In this document: in pieces, positions 46,537 to 55,607 of the stretch
Numbering within the stretch: position 1 is the stretch's first letter
Layout: each line of letters starts with the position of its first letter
Virus record (IMG/VR): IMGVR_UViG_3300037086_000360
Location: 186,001-250,000 of that record
Direction: 5' to 3' (one strand)
DNA length: 64,000 bases
Position numbers and translations under genes: made by a program
Notes under the pieces: generated by a model
The model's database searches: none
The model's input: the letters and a program-made list of their open reading frames with translations, nothing else
What the model was told of the DNA's origin: nothing

Positions 46537-46848
46537 ATGTTCGATAAAAAAATAGAAATCGCTTGGCGTCGGACTGGAAAGAAACAATACCCCTTACAGA
46601 GTCAAGTTTGTCTCATCTACTTCGCTCATACTGGATTCAGCGTTAGCGAGTATGAAGAACAACCTGATTCTATCGATTATGGAGATGGAAATAAATACAC
46701 AGTACATGTTTTTGTAGATCTGGGTGGTTGGCTGGGTGATGAAGATCTTCTTTGGATTCCGATCGCCGAGCTTCCAGCAGTAGGATCATTTCAACACATT
46801 GTGATACCGGAAGATTATTCGAGAGACTGTGCCCGTGAGAAGGATTAA
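46537..46848 (+). CDS. Hypothetical protein
   Basis: ORF in gene string. Confidence 0.5.
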   Translation: MFDKKIEIAWRRTGKKQYPLQSQVCLIYFAHTGFSVSEYEEQPDSIDYGDGNKYTVHVFVDLGGWLGDEDLLWIPIAELPAVGSFQHIVIPEDYSRDCAREKD

Positions 46849-47111
46849 AAACCAAACAGCGTCTGGATTGCGAACTGCATATCTAAAGAAGTGATTTCAT
46901 TAGCATCAGAGTGAATTTGGTCCCAATTTGGCTTGTAAGAAAGATCCCTATTGACTCTAGTTTCTTCTTTAGATATGATGTAAAGATGGTATCGAACTAA
47001 ATGTGGTTCAACTGCTTTTATGAAATAAACAAACGCACTATAGCTTTCTTCTACTGTTTTATTGACGAAAAGATATAGTGTCATTCCTGGTTTGAGTTGT
47101 CCAAATTTCAT
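46845..47111 (-). CDS. Small protein, paralog family MKFxxLKPGM (copy 4)
   Basis: MKFGQLKPGMTLY...AIQTLF. Confidence 0.7.
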   Translation of the reverse strand: MKFGQLKPGMTLYLFVNKTVEESYSAFVYFIKAVEPHLVRYHLYIISKEETRVNRDLSYKPNWDQIHSDANEITSLDMQFAIQTLFGF

Positions 47112-47117
47112 TTAATT

Positions 47118-47420
47118 CTATCCATTCTTATCGAATAATGATGTGATTACTACTCGCATTTGTCCAGTTTGGATTTCTTTTGCTGAACCATTCGTCAAAA
47201 TCCACCCCTTTACCCACGCTTTTTCATTGAAGGTTTGAGTTATTCTCTTAGGAGAGTCCACCTCATGCCCATTATTGATTATGATGCGATCATAGACTAC
47301 ATATTCTGAGGTCTTTTCTTTAATGAATTCGAGATAGAGAATGTAACCGCTCGTGATTGTTGAGTTATCAACTAGATCATAGAGAATCATTCCTGGGCTT
47401 AGATCTTTGAAGTTTATCAT
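47118..47420 (-). CDS. Small protein, paralog family MKFxxLKPGM (copy 3)
   Basis: MINFKDLSPGMILY...VITSLF. Confidence 0.7.
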   Translation of the reverse strand: MINFKDLSPGMILYDLVDNSTITSGYILYLEFIKEKTSEYVVYDRIIINNGHEVDSPKRITQTFNEKAWVKGWILTNGSAKEIQTGQMRVVITSLFDKNG

Positions 47421-47725
47421 GTGGTACTATCGAAAATTGCTTTCACTGCGAACCTACAGTCTCTATTATCAGCCTCTTCTGCTGTTCCATGATCTATGTT
47501 CCAATGCATGTGGTCTGCCATACTATTGGGATTTACCGTAATGTATTGAGGAAGATTGAAGCCTTTTCCAGTGACGCCATTGCTGACTATATATTGATTA
47601 TATGTGGCTATATCAACTGTTTTCTTTTTGATGAAATACAAATAGATCTTATAGCCGCCAGTAGTTGCAGCATGGTCTATTGTATCAATTAGTACCATTC
47701 TAGATTTCAATTCGTTAAATTTCAT
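47417..47725 (-). CDS. Small protein, paralog family MKFxxLKPGM (copy 2)
   Basis: MKFNELKSRMVLI...AVKAIF. Confidence 0.7.
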   Translation of the reverse strand: MKFNELKSRMVLIDTIDHAATTGGYKIYLYFIKKKTVDIATYNQYIVSNGVTGKGFNLPQYITVNPNSMADHMHWNIDHGTAEEADNRDCRFAVKAIFDSTT

Positions 47726-48002
47726 AATCTCCAAAAACACCTTTGATTATGATTTTGTATTTTTCAGGAACAAGCGGCACTAATCGCAACATTCTGTCAT
47801 TCCATACTTTGATTTCTGATTCAGGTTCATCTGAGAGCGATTGTTCATGATAAATTGTTAGGAAATACCCCCAAACGAGATGCGCTTCTGAATGTTTTCT
47901 TTTCACGAAAAAAACATTAGCCCAAGCTAAAGTTTTAGTTTCTTTGTCTAAGTATTGTGAATACCAAAGAATCATTCCTGGTTTCACTTCTTTGAATTTC
48001 AT
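47715..48002 (-). CDS. Small protein, paralog family MKFxxLKPGM (copy 1)
   Basis: MKFKEVKPGMILW...IIKGVF. Confidence 0.7.
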   Translation of the reverse strand: MKFKEVKPGMILWYSQYLDKETKTLAWANVFFVKRKHSEAHLVWGYFLTIYHEQSLSDEPESEIKVWNDRMLRLVPLVPEKYKIIIKGVFGDYEI

Positions 48003-48544
48003 TATGGTTCATAAACCTCAATCTTGTTTCTAAATTTGTCGATTCCATTAATCTTCTGAACATAATCCCTCAAGAAACAAGTCAAAGCATAGGCATCTAC
48101 GCAGTTGTCATCGGGTAGGATAACTCCACCCTTATATTTCTTTGATGGGATGTCGAGATTCATCTGTACTGCTCTCGCAATCATCATATCCTTACCAGCA
48201 TTTCCCTTGCCAGTCCAATATTGTTTCACCACTGTTGGTGGAACAACCATAAAATTGATGGCTTCCTTGATAAACATTTCTCTAATCATGTATGCTAAAG
48301 CACCCAATTCAGCGATTCTGCCGTGAGAACCAAACGAAATTCCCTCCATGGCAGCCCAATTGACTCCAGATGTCTTGCAGAGATCTCTAATTTCGTCTCT
48401 AATCTCCATAAGTCTGAAAGTGTAGTCAATGCTTCTTTCTTCGTCTGGATCTTTTGATGTTGCAAAAATTGAAAAACGAGGTGGATCGGAATAAATGCAG
48501 CAGCCCGTTCCTGAAAGACTCTGATCGACGCCGAGAAGTATCAT
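48002..48544 (-). CDS. ruvC: RuvC-like Holliday junction resolvase
   Basis: LGVDQSLSGTG, AMEG, VKQYWTGKGNAGK, DNCVDAYAL. Confidence 0.85.
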   Translation of the reverse strand: MILLGVDQSLSGTGCCIYSDPPRFSIFATSKDPDEERSIDYTFRLMEIRDEIRDLCKTSGVNWAAMEGISFGSHGRIAELGALAYMIREMFIKEAINFMVVPPTVVKQYWTGKGNAGKDMMIARAVQMNLDIPSKKYKGGVILPDDNCVDAYALTCFLRDYVQKINGIDKFRNKIEVYEP

Positions 48545-48620
48545 GTTGTCACCTTTCTTTTGAGACATATAGATTACCTTTACCCGGTAAAGATAATAGA
48601 AGTAGGAAAGCAGAAACAAA

Positions 48621-48974
48621 ATGGAAAAACATGAAATTCCAAGAGCCAAAGTTGGTCAGTATTATGTGGAAATGAGATCAGGAGAAGTGGCTCGAGAGTT
48701 CTATGTAATAGACATGGACGGCAGTAGAATCTACGGAATTATGATAGCGCACGTTCCAACTCACGTTTTGAATGCTACCATTCAACCGCGGACTCTTATA
48801 GACTTCCACGATTCTATGGATTACGAGGGAGGCTGGAGGAAGGGCCAGACTGTTTTTACAGGTCAGCATGGTGAAAAGAGACCATTTCCAGAGGATTTCA
48901 ACCATAGAATAATCAGAGCAGTTTTTAATTACACCATCATCAATGGTGAGAATATTTCATTGGGGAACAAATGA
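48621..48974 (+). CDS. Hypothetical protein
   Basis: After AAGATAA; near-terminal RIIRAVF. Confidence 0.6.
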   Translation: MEKHEIPRAKVGQYYVEMRSGEVAREFYVIDMDGSRIYGIMIAHVPTHVLNATIQPRTLIDFHDSMDYEGGWRKGQTVFTGQHGEKRPFPEDFNHRIIRAVFNYTIINGENISLGNK

Positions 48975-49309
48975 AGTTTGAACCGCCTTTTGAAAAATAC
49001 TTGGGAATTTTTTTGACGACCCATCGCACCATGGGAAAAGACACGGTGGTTTATTTGACACATAAAAAAATTGAAAAACAACGGAAATTTGGAACAGAAG
49101 CATATGAAAGCGAGTATACTATAGCGTTTATCTTCTATTTCAACGATCCCGACATATTCACCACAGATGAGATTTTTGATTTTGAAAATGAAAACACTAA
49201 CGTTGGTCAAAAATCCGAATGGCACGAAATGACTTCTTCTGAAATAAATCTCATAACTAAAAAAATGGTAGAAGCCTTATTTGAAAATCGATGGAAAGAG
49301 CACTTATAA
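48971..49309 (+). CDS. Hypothetical protein (paralog of next gene)
   Basis: MKFEPPFEKYLGIFLTTH...KKMVEALF. Confidence 0.65.
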   Translation: MKFEPPFEKYLGIFLTTHRTMGKDTVVYLTHKKIEKQRKFGTEAYESEYTIAFIFYFNDPDIFTTDEIFDFENENTNVGQKSEWHEMTSSEINLITKKMVEALFENRWKEHL

Positions 49310-49310
49310 T

Positions 49311-49592
49311 ATGAAATTTGAAGAGCCCTACAATAAATATATAGGAAAGTTTTTCCAAACAACCCATGCTCCTGGTAAGAATGTAATGGTTACATTTATC
49401 CTAAAGATGCATGAATCAAAATCAGATACTGCTGATGCCACCATGCTTTGGGATGCCGAGGATGTGAGAGACGAAGTGAGTCTCACAACCTTCAATTTCA
49501 AGGTCGAAAGCAACACTGATCAGCCATGGATGGAAGTTGAACAGCCTCTTTCTTACCCAAAGAGAATGATAAAAGGACTGTTCAAAGCATAA
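49311..49592 (+). CDS. Hypothetical protein (paralog of preceding gene)
   Basis: MKFEEPYNKYIGKFFQTTH...KRMIKGLF. Confidence 0.65.
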   Translation: MKFEEPYNKYIGKFFQTTHAPGKNVMVTFILKMHESKSDTADATMLWDAEDVRDEVSLTTFNFKVESNTDQPWMEVEQPLSYPKRMIKGLFKA

Positions 49593-49602
49593 TTTAAGTT
49601 AA

Positions 49603-50283
49603 ATGAATAGGTACTCAGCCTCCAAAATAAAAACGTTTGAGACATGTAGACTGCAATTCAAACTACACTATATTGAAAACATCGAAGTAGAAAAACCAGT
49701 CTCACCAGACACAGAATTTGGTTCTCTCATCCACAAAGCAGCAGAGATTTATAATGGATCCAATCTCACTGAAGTGGTAAAGCTTACAAGAGATTACCAT
49801 CTCAATGAAGCATACAAGAGAGAAATAGCCCACACATTAAGAAATCTTTTTGTGTTCAGTCAGAAATACAAACACGTCGATGAAAAAAGAGAGCTTGAAA
49901 TTGAATGGAAAACGGATGACATTTGGTTATATGGCTTTGCCGACAAGTTGATCGATAATAACCAACTCATTTGCATTGACTACAAAACAGCAAAATACGC
50001 CGACACTTCAAGATTCATGTTCCAAATGAGACTCTATAATCTCATCCTCTCTCACGTCTATCAAAAAGATCCCGACAAAATCAGATTTGTTGTCTATTTT
50101 CCAAGAATAGATACTGAAGAGAAGATTCTTTTTTCAAAGAAGGAAATCATTCTCTTTGAGAGTGACATAAGGAAAAAGATCACTACAATAGAATCTAACA
50201 CCGATTGGAACCCAGCTCCTGGATACCATTGTAGATGGTGTCAATACTGTAAAGGCACCAATTGTGATGTTGGAAAGTGTTAG
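49603..50283 (+). CDS. PD-(D/E)xK exonuclease (RecB/Cas4-like)
   Basis: SASKIKTFETC, GSLIHKAAE, GFADK, IDYKT, QMRLY, CRWCQYC..C. Confidence 0.88.
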   Translation: MNRYSASKIKTFETCRLQFKLHYIENIEVEKPVSPDTEFGSLIHKAAEIYNGSNLTEVVKLTRDYHLNEAYKREIAHTLRNLFVFSQKYKHVDEKRELEIEWKTDDIWLYGFADKLIDNNQLICIDYKTAKYADTSRFMFQMRLYNLILSHVYQKDPDKIRFVVYFPRIDTEEKILFSKKEIILFESDIRKKITTIESNTDWNPAPGYHCRWCQYCKGTNCDVGKC

Positions 50284-50292
50284 GAGAACAAA

Positions 50293-50976
50293 ATGACTCA
50301 GAATCCTATAACAACAGCGACACTTATTCGTAATAAACTTGCCTCGATGGATGAATCCACGATTCAATGGTTCCATGAAAAGGGGATTATGGTAAGTGGA
50401 GACGGAAATGGTGTTTTTTTTCTGAAAGCAGACGTTGGAGCCCACACTTCTGAACTTACTACTATTTGTGGAAAAGGGCTCGTATATTCTGTCCCTCATC
50501 TCGTTATCTTCTCAGGTACGAAACCGGCAAAATTGACCCTTGAAGAGGCAAAGGTTCTTCCATGGTTCATATGGAATGATAAGGTTATGTTCTTTCAGCA
50601 TATTCCAGGTCAGCCAGTATATATGGGATGGGATCCAATCAAAAAGGATTGGTTATTTTCTGACGACAAGTCGTATACGACGCCCTATGAATCCATAATC
50701 AAAGACTCTCTTTACAATCGACAAGCTGCTGAATATAACTTCACATTCTGTTTTAAACTAGCTGTGAATGGGCACATTTTTCTTGAGAGTGTCTATAATA
50801 ACAAGACTTGCAGGTCTATTCCACTAGATCAAACTCAATTCTATGCCTATAAGTTTAAGATTGAATACCCAAATATGTACGCATTTGAGGGTTTTGAAAA
50901 GCTTGAAGAAGGAGATTTTCCTCTTATTGCTAGAGATATGTCGGAAAATATGATCCATTTGACGAGTATGAAATGA
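50293..50976 (+). CDS. Hypothetical protein, possibly a degenerate RNA ligase 1-like fold
   Basis: Order ICGKGLVY..VIFSG.KP..QHIPGQPVYMGW..WLFS echoes Rnl1 but lacks the KxDG lysine. Confidence 0.4.
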   Translation: MTQNPITTATLIRNKLASMDESTIQWFHEKGIMVSGDGNGVFFLKADVGAHTSELTTICGKGLVYSVPHLVIFSGTKPAKLTLEEAKVLPWFIWNDKVMFFQHIPGQPVYMGWDPIKKDWLFSDDKSYTTPYESIIKDSLYNRQAAEYNFTFCFKLAVNGHIFLESVYNNKTCRSIPLDQTQFYAYKFKIEYPNMYAFEGFEKLEEGDFPLIARDMSENMIHLTSMK

Positions 50977-51725
50977 AATTTGTCAAAGCTTCAGACCAGC
51001 CTCTCCACGAACACTTGCCTCCAAAGCTGCTGAAGCAAATGAATGGTAGCATTAATAGTCTTATGGACATAAAGCTTTATCCAAATGTGGCTATATATCT
51101 CATGAAGCCTGGAACCAAGGGCTATTTCAAATATATTGCAACTTTAGCAAACAATGGAATTGAGGCCGCTAGCTGGTCAATTAGGGTGTTTTTTACAAAC
51201 AATTGTTGGACTTTGCAGGTAGCCCCACATCCAGAGATAGATCCTCATCAAATAACAATTAACCTTTATGAAATTTTAGAAAATGTTAAAGATGATACTG
51301 TAAAAACTTATGGTAATTTACATTTTGCCTCAATGACAACCACCACCAAATCAAAAATTGAAACAGTTGTTAATCTCTTCGTTGAAAAATTAGCGACTTG
51401 TAAAATACCTGGAGTTGAGTCCCAGCCAATCGATAAAAAATACTCAATGTCTTTTAGTAACTCTAAGTATCGAATACACTATAACCCTGTTGTTGTCAAC
51501 CCTTTCAATGAAAAAAATGTAGCTAAATATAATGCTATACTAAGGGCATTAAAAAATAAGGCTCTTGATGAAAACGAATTGAAGTTTATCAATCGAATTT
51601 CAAAGAAGTTGGAGAGTGGAAAACCGCTCATAAAAAAAGAGCATAGATTATTTAATGAGATGAGTCAAGATCATCTCTCCCAAAATGAGAAGATAAAGAT
51701 CGCATTAGCTTTTTTAACGGAGTAG
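50973..51725 (+). CDS. Hypothetical protein
   Basis: 250-aa coupled ORF. Confidence 0.65.
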   Translation: MKFVKASDQPLHEHLPPKLLKQMNGSINSLMDIKLYPNVAIYLMKPGTKGYFKYIATLANNGIEAASWSIRVFFTNNCWTLQVAPHPEIDPHQITINLYEILENVKDDTVKTYGNLHFASMTTTTKSKIETVVNLFVEKLATCKIPGVESQPIDKKYSMSFSNSKYRIHYNPVVVNPFNEKNVAKYNAILRALKNKALDENELKFINRISKKLESGKPLIKKEHRLFNEMSQDHLSQNEKIKIALAFLTE

Positions 51726-51735
51726 AAGATACCCT

Positions 51736-52497
51736 ATGAAAGGGATTTATAAAATAACGAATCTGATCAACGGCAAGGTCTATATTGGTAAAAGTGAAGT
51801 ATCAATAGAAGATAGATGGAAATATGCCGGAACTACTAACGAACATTTTGCCAACGCTATAAAGAAATATGGGATCAATAATTTCAAGTTCGAAGTTCTG
51901 ATTGAAACTGATCAACACCTGAATGAATTAGAGACACAATATATTCTAGAATACAAGTCGAATGATCAGCATTTTGGTTACAATAAGACTCTTGGCGGTG
52001 ACGGCTGTCTAGCAACTGAAGAAACTAAGAAGAAAATGAGTGAGAATTGGACACCGAGAGAGCCTTGGAACAAAGGAAAGAAGACAAAGCCCCATTCTTC
52101 TGAAACAAAGCTAAGAATGAGTGCGTCTCACAAGGGAAAGACCACTGGCCCACATTCAGAAGAGAGAAAACGAAAGAATAGTGAATCACATATAGGCATA
52201 TTTCCATCAGTAGAGACCCGTGCTAAGCAAAGTGCTTCTATGAGGGGTAAAAATACTGGTCCTAAGTCACTGGAGCATAGAAAAAGGCTTAGTGAGTCAC
52301 ACAAAGGTATTCCGACTTGGAATAAGGGCTTAAAAGCCTCTGAAGAGTTGAGAAAAACACTTAGTGAGGCCCACATGGGAATAAAAAATGACTACGAAGA
52401 GAGAATCTGTCCCTATTGTGGTAAAAAAGGTAAGGGTGGGGTGATGGTGAGATGGCATTTTGATAATTGCAAGTTGAAGGGAGCCGTGAGTGACTAA
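51736..52497 (+). CDS. GIY-YIG homing endonuclease with NUMOD3 repeats
   Basis: GIYKITNLINGKVYIGKS, GYNKTLGG, repeated HSxETK.KMSxSHKG. Confidence 0.93.
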   Translation: MKGIYKITNLINGKVYIGKSEVSIEDRWKYAGTTNEHFANAIKKYGINNFKFEVLIETDQHLNELETQYILEYKSNDQHFGYNKTLGGDGCLATEETKKKMSENWTPREPWNKGKKTKPHSSETKLRMSASHKGKTTGPHSEERKRKNSESHIGIFPSVETRAKQSASMRGKNTGPKSLEHRKRLSESHKGIPTWNKGLKASEELRKTLSEAHMGIKNDYEERICPYCGKKGKGGVMVRWHFDNCKLKGAVSD

Positions 52498-53422
52498 TCT
52501 AATCATCGACAGCAATAATGTTTCCAGCATTTCCTATTTCAAAGCCAAGAGTATGGCCCATATGCGTGGAAATCTGACTGAGGATGAGGCCGGAAGACAG
52601 CGATTGTCCAATTTTTCAACCTATCTCTATTTTCAAATGATTCATAGTTATATTAGCCAATTCAATCCTTCCAAAATGTACGTGGTGTGGGACGGCCCCT
52701 CTGGCAGCACATGGAGGAAGGCGGCTTACCCAGATTACAAGGCAGGAAGGGATCATTCTGGTGACAATTTCTACAGACAATTCCAGGGCTCATGTGAGCA
52801 AGAAAGGTTGATTTTATCAGCATATCCCATTTATCAGCTTCAAGTCGACGAGGCAGAAGCTGATGATTTGATATACTCGGTGTGTAAAATCTTATCCGCG
52901 GATGCTAAAAATGATCAAATTGTGGTATCTGGGGATGGAGACATGCTTCAGCTTCCTCAGCATTTTTCTAATACCAAGATATGGAATCCCCGCAACAAAC
53001 AATTCCAGGACACTCCAGCCTATGATGTTATTCTCTATAAGTCGATCACTGGAGACGGTAGCGATAGAATCACCGGCATTCCAGGCTTTGGAGCCAAAAG
53101 AGGCTTGAAACTAATGGAAGACATGAAGAATGGCTCTGCTAAGGTGACTGATGAACAACTTGCCATTATCGCCAAGTTTAGGAACCTTGTCGATCTCTCT
53201 GCCAACCCATTTGAAGAGAAAAACAGAAACTCCATTATCGAACTGTTGGACAAAACTAAGATAACACTAGATCAAGATAGAATCCAACAGCTTTTCGTGA
53301 GGTATGAACTTAACGGCTTCATGAAGAGGTGGGCGTATATAAGAAAATTGCTCACGCAACTAGAAACGGAGGCAGCAAATGGAGGGGCAACAGAAAGTGA
53401 ATCTGATCAATTTCGGTGCTGA
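52490..53422 (+). CDS. 5'-3' exonuclease / T4 RNase H-like flap nuclease
   Basis: IIDSNN, VWDG, WRK.YPDYKAGR, EADD, VSGDGD, GDGSDRITGIPGFG.K. Confidence 0.92.
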   Translation: MTNLIIDSNNVSSISYFKAKSMAHMRGNLTEDEAGRQRLSNFSTYLYFQMIHSYISQFNPSKMYVVWDGPSGSTWRKAAYPDYKAGRDHSGDNFYRQFQGSCEQERLILSAYPIYQLQVDEAEADDLIYSVCKILSADAKNDQIVVSGDGDMLQLPQHFSNTKIWNPRNKQFQDTPAYDVILYKSITGDGSDRITGIPGFGAKRGLKLMEDMKNGSAKVTDEQLAIIAKFRNLVDLSANPFEEKNRNSIIELLDKTKITLDQDRIQQLFVRYELNGFMKRWAYIRKLLTQLETEAANGGATESESDQFRC

Positions 53423-53819
53423 ATTACACGAAGATGTGATCAAGGAGATAGAAGAGAAGCATAATGTAAAACTTAAGATGGTGTCTATCAAAGCATCTTT
53501 GAATCTAAAGAAGCATAGTACATATATTCAAGCTCACGATATTATTGAAAAAAATAAAAATTATTTTTGTGAAAATGATTTCTCTATCATCAATCTACCA
53601 GGACTTCCAATCTTTGCGGCGTTCTTAATAACAGAAATCCATGCTCTGACAGGACGCTTTCCAATCATCGTGGAATGTCTAAAAGACTATTCACAAGATG
53701 GAATCTTCTCCCACTATAAATTCAAAAGACTCTATGATCTTGATAGAGAGCGAGTCCAATCACGTGAATATTTCAAGACGAGTTGCAAAGAACCTCGACA
53801 AGATTTAGAAGATAAATAA
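53379..53819 (+). CDS. Csx15-like protein (stand-alone)
   Basis: LINFG.EL, IINLPGLPIFAAFLITEIHALTGRFPII, FKRLYDLDRERVQSRE match the Csx15 pattern as recalled. Confidence 0.65.
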   Translation: MEGQQKVNLINFGAELHEDVIKEIEEKHNVKLKMVSIKASLNLKKHSTYIQAHDIIEKNKNYFCENDFSIINLPGLPIFAAFLITEIHALTGRFPIIVECLKDYSQDGIFSHYKFKRLYDLDRERVQSREYFKTSCKEPRQDLEDK

Positions 53820-54095
53820 ATGGACGTCTTAGAGTTTTTCGATAAGGTGCGAGCCAATGGCTGGCGCAATAATATAGAAGCCGAAATCTCATACAGCTTT
53901 GACAAGCTATTGGAGAAACTTTCTGCGTCCAAGACCGAAATCGTAGAGAAAACTGCCAAACAGCTCGAAATCTTGGATCAATTCAAGAAAGAAGAGAAAG
54001 AAGAAATGACTTATTCTATCTTCGAGAAATGGATTGAGAGATTTATACGCAACACGATCATTGAAAGATTCGACAATAAGGAAAACGAAGAGTGA
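53820..54095 (+). CDS. Hypothetical protein
   Basis: Coupled ORF. Confidence 0.55.
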   Translation: MDVLEFFDKVRANGWRNNIEAEISYSFDKLLEKLSASKTEIVEKTAKQLEILDQFKKEEKEEMTYSIFEKWIERFIRNTIIERFDNKENEE

Positions 54096-54334
54096 AAACG
54101 TTCAACGATTTTTCAAAAAAACTTGAAGAGACATCTGGTAGAGCTAAGGCTGCTTATGATAGAACTCATTGGAATATGGCGATTGGAGTAGTGACTCAGG
54201 TTGTTTTTGACGACAAGGATGACGAAGCTATTGAAAAAGTCGCCCAAGAATCTGGATACGATCCAACTATCACAAAACTCGCTAAAGAAGTTTATAAAGA
54301 ACTTAAGAACGATCTCAAAAATATGAGAAAGTAA
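54092..54334 (+). CDS. Hypothetical protein, possible internal head protein
   Basis: N-terminal MKTFNDFSKKLEE resembles T4-like internal-protein N-termini. Confidence 0.55.
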   Translation: MKTFNDFSKKLEETSGRAKAAYDRTHWNMAIGVVTQVVFDDKDDEAIEKVAQESGYDPTITKLAKEVYKELKNDLKNMRK

Positions 54335-54544
54335 ATGTTTTATTACATGACTCTCTATGACTATACAAAACCCAAACCATATCATCAACCAAAATTTGGA
54401 AAGAAAGAGGGGATAATTTGGATTGGTAAAAATCCAAACGAAGGATATAGGCCTGCTGGCCACGATGCTTTAAGTGAAGAACAGATGATTAAATCATATT
54501 TCAAATATATCTCACAAGGATATGTCTTTGAAATCAGAAAATAG
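54335..54544 (+). CDS. Hypothetical protein
   Basis: Coupled ORF. Confidence 0.45.
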   Translation: MFYYMTLYDYTKPKPYHQPKFGKKEGIIWIGKNPNEGYRPAGHDALSEEQMIKSYFKYISQGYVFEIRK

Positions 54545-54557
54545 GGGGAATACAAAA

Positions 54558-54719
54558 ATGTGGAAAAAAGTATTAGGATGGATCTTGGCAGTTGTTCTTG
54601 GGCCACTACACATCGGTCTTTCATTTATCAGCAAGGCGGCTCAGAAGCTTTGGGGAGAATTGCTCCCTGAAATTCATGATGTTGAAGCTGCAATCAAGAA
54701 GTTTTTCAACCTTCCATAA
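54558..54719 (+). CDS. Small membrane protein
   Basis: GGGGG RBS; hydrophobic N-terminus; hairpin terminator follows (54725-54746). Confidence 0.5.
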   Translation: MWKKVLGWILAVVLGPLHIGLSFISKAAQKLWGELLPEIHDVEAAIKKFFNLP

Positions 54720-54752
54720 GGAATAGGGCCCTTGAGGGCCCTTTTAACTATA

Positions 54753-55550
54753 ATGAACTTCACAGATTACATCGCCAAAACAGTCATTCAAAAACAAATC
54801 ATCAAAAACAACCCTCAAGATTTAAAGCCTATGATACCGGTCATGCAAAAGACTCGATCATATAAAGAAGTTGAAACTGTAAAACCAAAACAAAAGCTTA
54901 ATCTTACTCTCATGAGACATCGATTCGGAGAAGAAAAGGGCGAATGGAAGATGAAGTGGTACGTCCAATGGCCGTTCTTCACTCCTATAGATAAGTCGCT
55001 TTCTGCTGAACAAGTTAAGGCTTTTGCTGAGGACTATCTTCATACGAGCAGCGAAAGAGGAGACGATAAATATATCCAAGTCGAATCTGCCGACAAAAAC
55101 TATGTAATTTATAAGTGGGACGTTGAAAGGTGGCTCAGTGATAACTTCAGATCTGTCGTTGTCAAATACCATCCACCGACCACTCTAGCCTACAAATTTA
55201 AAATCTCGGTCCCACTCTTCATTTTCAGTCATGCCTCTCCTTCCGATCTCTCTAGGTTTATCGGTGATAGATTCTCGAAATGGTTAGGCTCTCACAAATC
55301 AAAATTTGAAACTAAATGGTTCGCTTTTCTCAAGAAAGTAACTCCTGATCTGTTTGACTGGACAACAGATTTCCAAATGGGTGAAATCAGAGCCTCCCTC
55401 AAATACTCCATTATTCTTACCTCTCTCGCAGCCTACATGTTGTTCTTCCACAAGAAGAGTTTTGCTCCAAAGGAATTCAGCGGACTCAAAAAACAACTTA
55501 CCAAACTCAGTTCCGTTGATGATTTGGAGAAAAATCTGAAAAATCTCTAA
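54753..55550 (+). CDS. Hypothetical protein
   Basis: 265-aa ORF. Confidence 0.65.
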   Translation: MNFTDYIAKTVIQKQIIKNNPQDLKPMIPVMQKTRSYKEVETVKPKQKLNLTLMRHRFGEEKGEWKMKWYVQWPFFTPIDKSLSAEQVKAFAEDYLHTSSERGDDKYIQVESADKNYVIYKWDVERWLSDNFRSVVVKYHPPTTLAYKFKISVPLFIFSHASPSDLSRFIGDRFSKWLGSHKSKFETKWFAFLKKVTPDLFDWTTDFQMGEIRASLKYSIILTSLAAYMLFFHKKSFAPKEFSGLKKQLTKLSSVDDLEKNLKNL

Positions 55551-55607
55551 CAACACAATCCAATCGAGTCTGAAAGATAAACTAAACATAAGGAAAGGGG
55601 GTGAGTT

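Noticed and set aside
49603-53819. CRISPR-Cas locus (Cas4-like nuclease plus Csx15-like gene)
   Set aside because: No repeat-spacer array or core cas genes seen; Cas4-like PD-(D/E)xK nucleases are common stand-alone phage genes.
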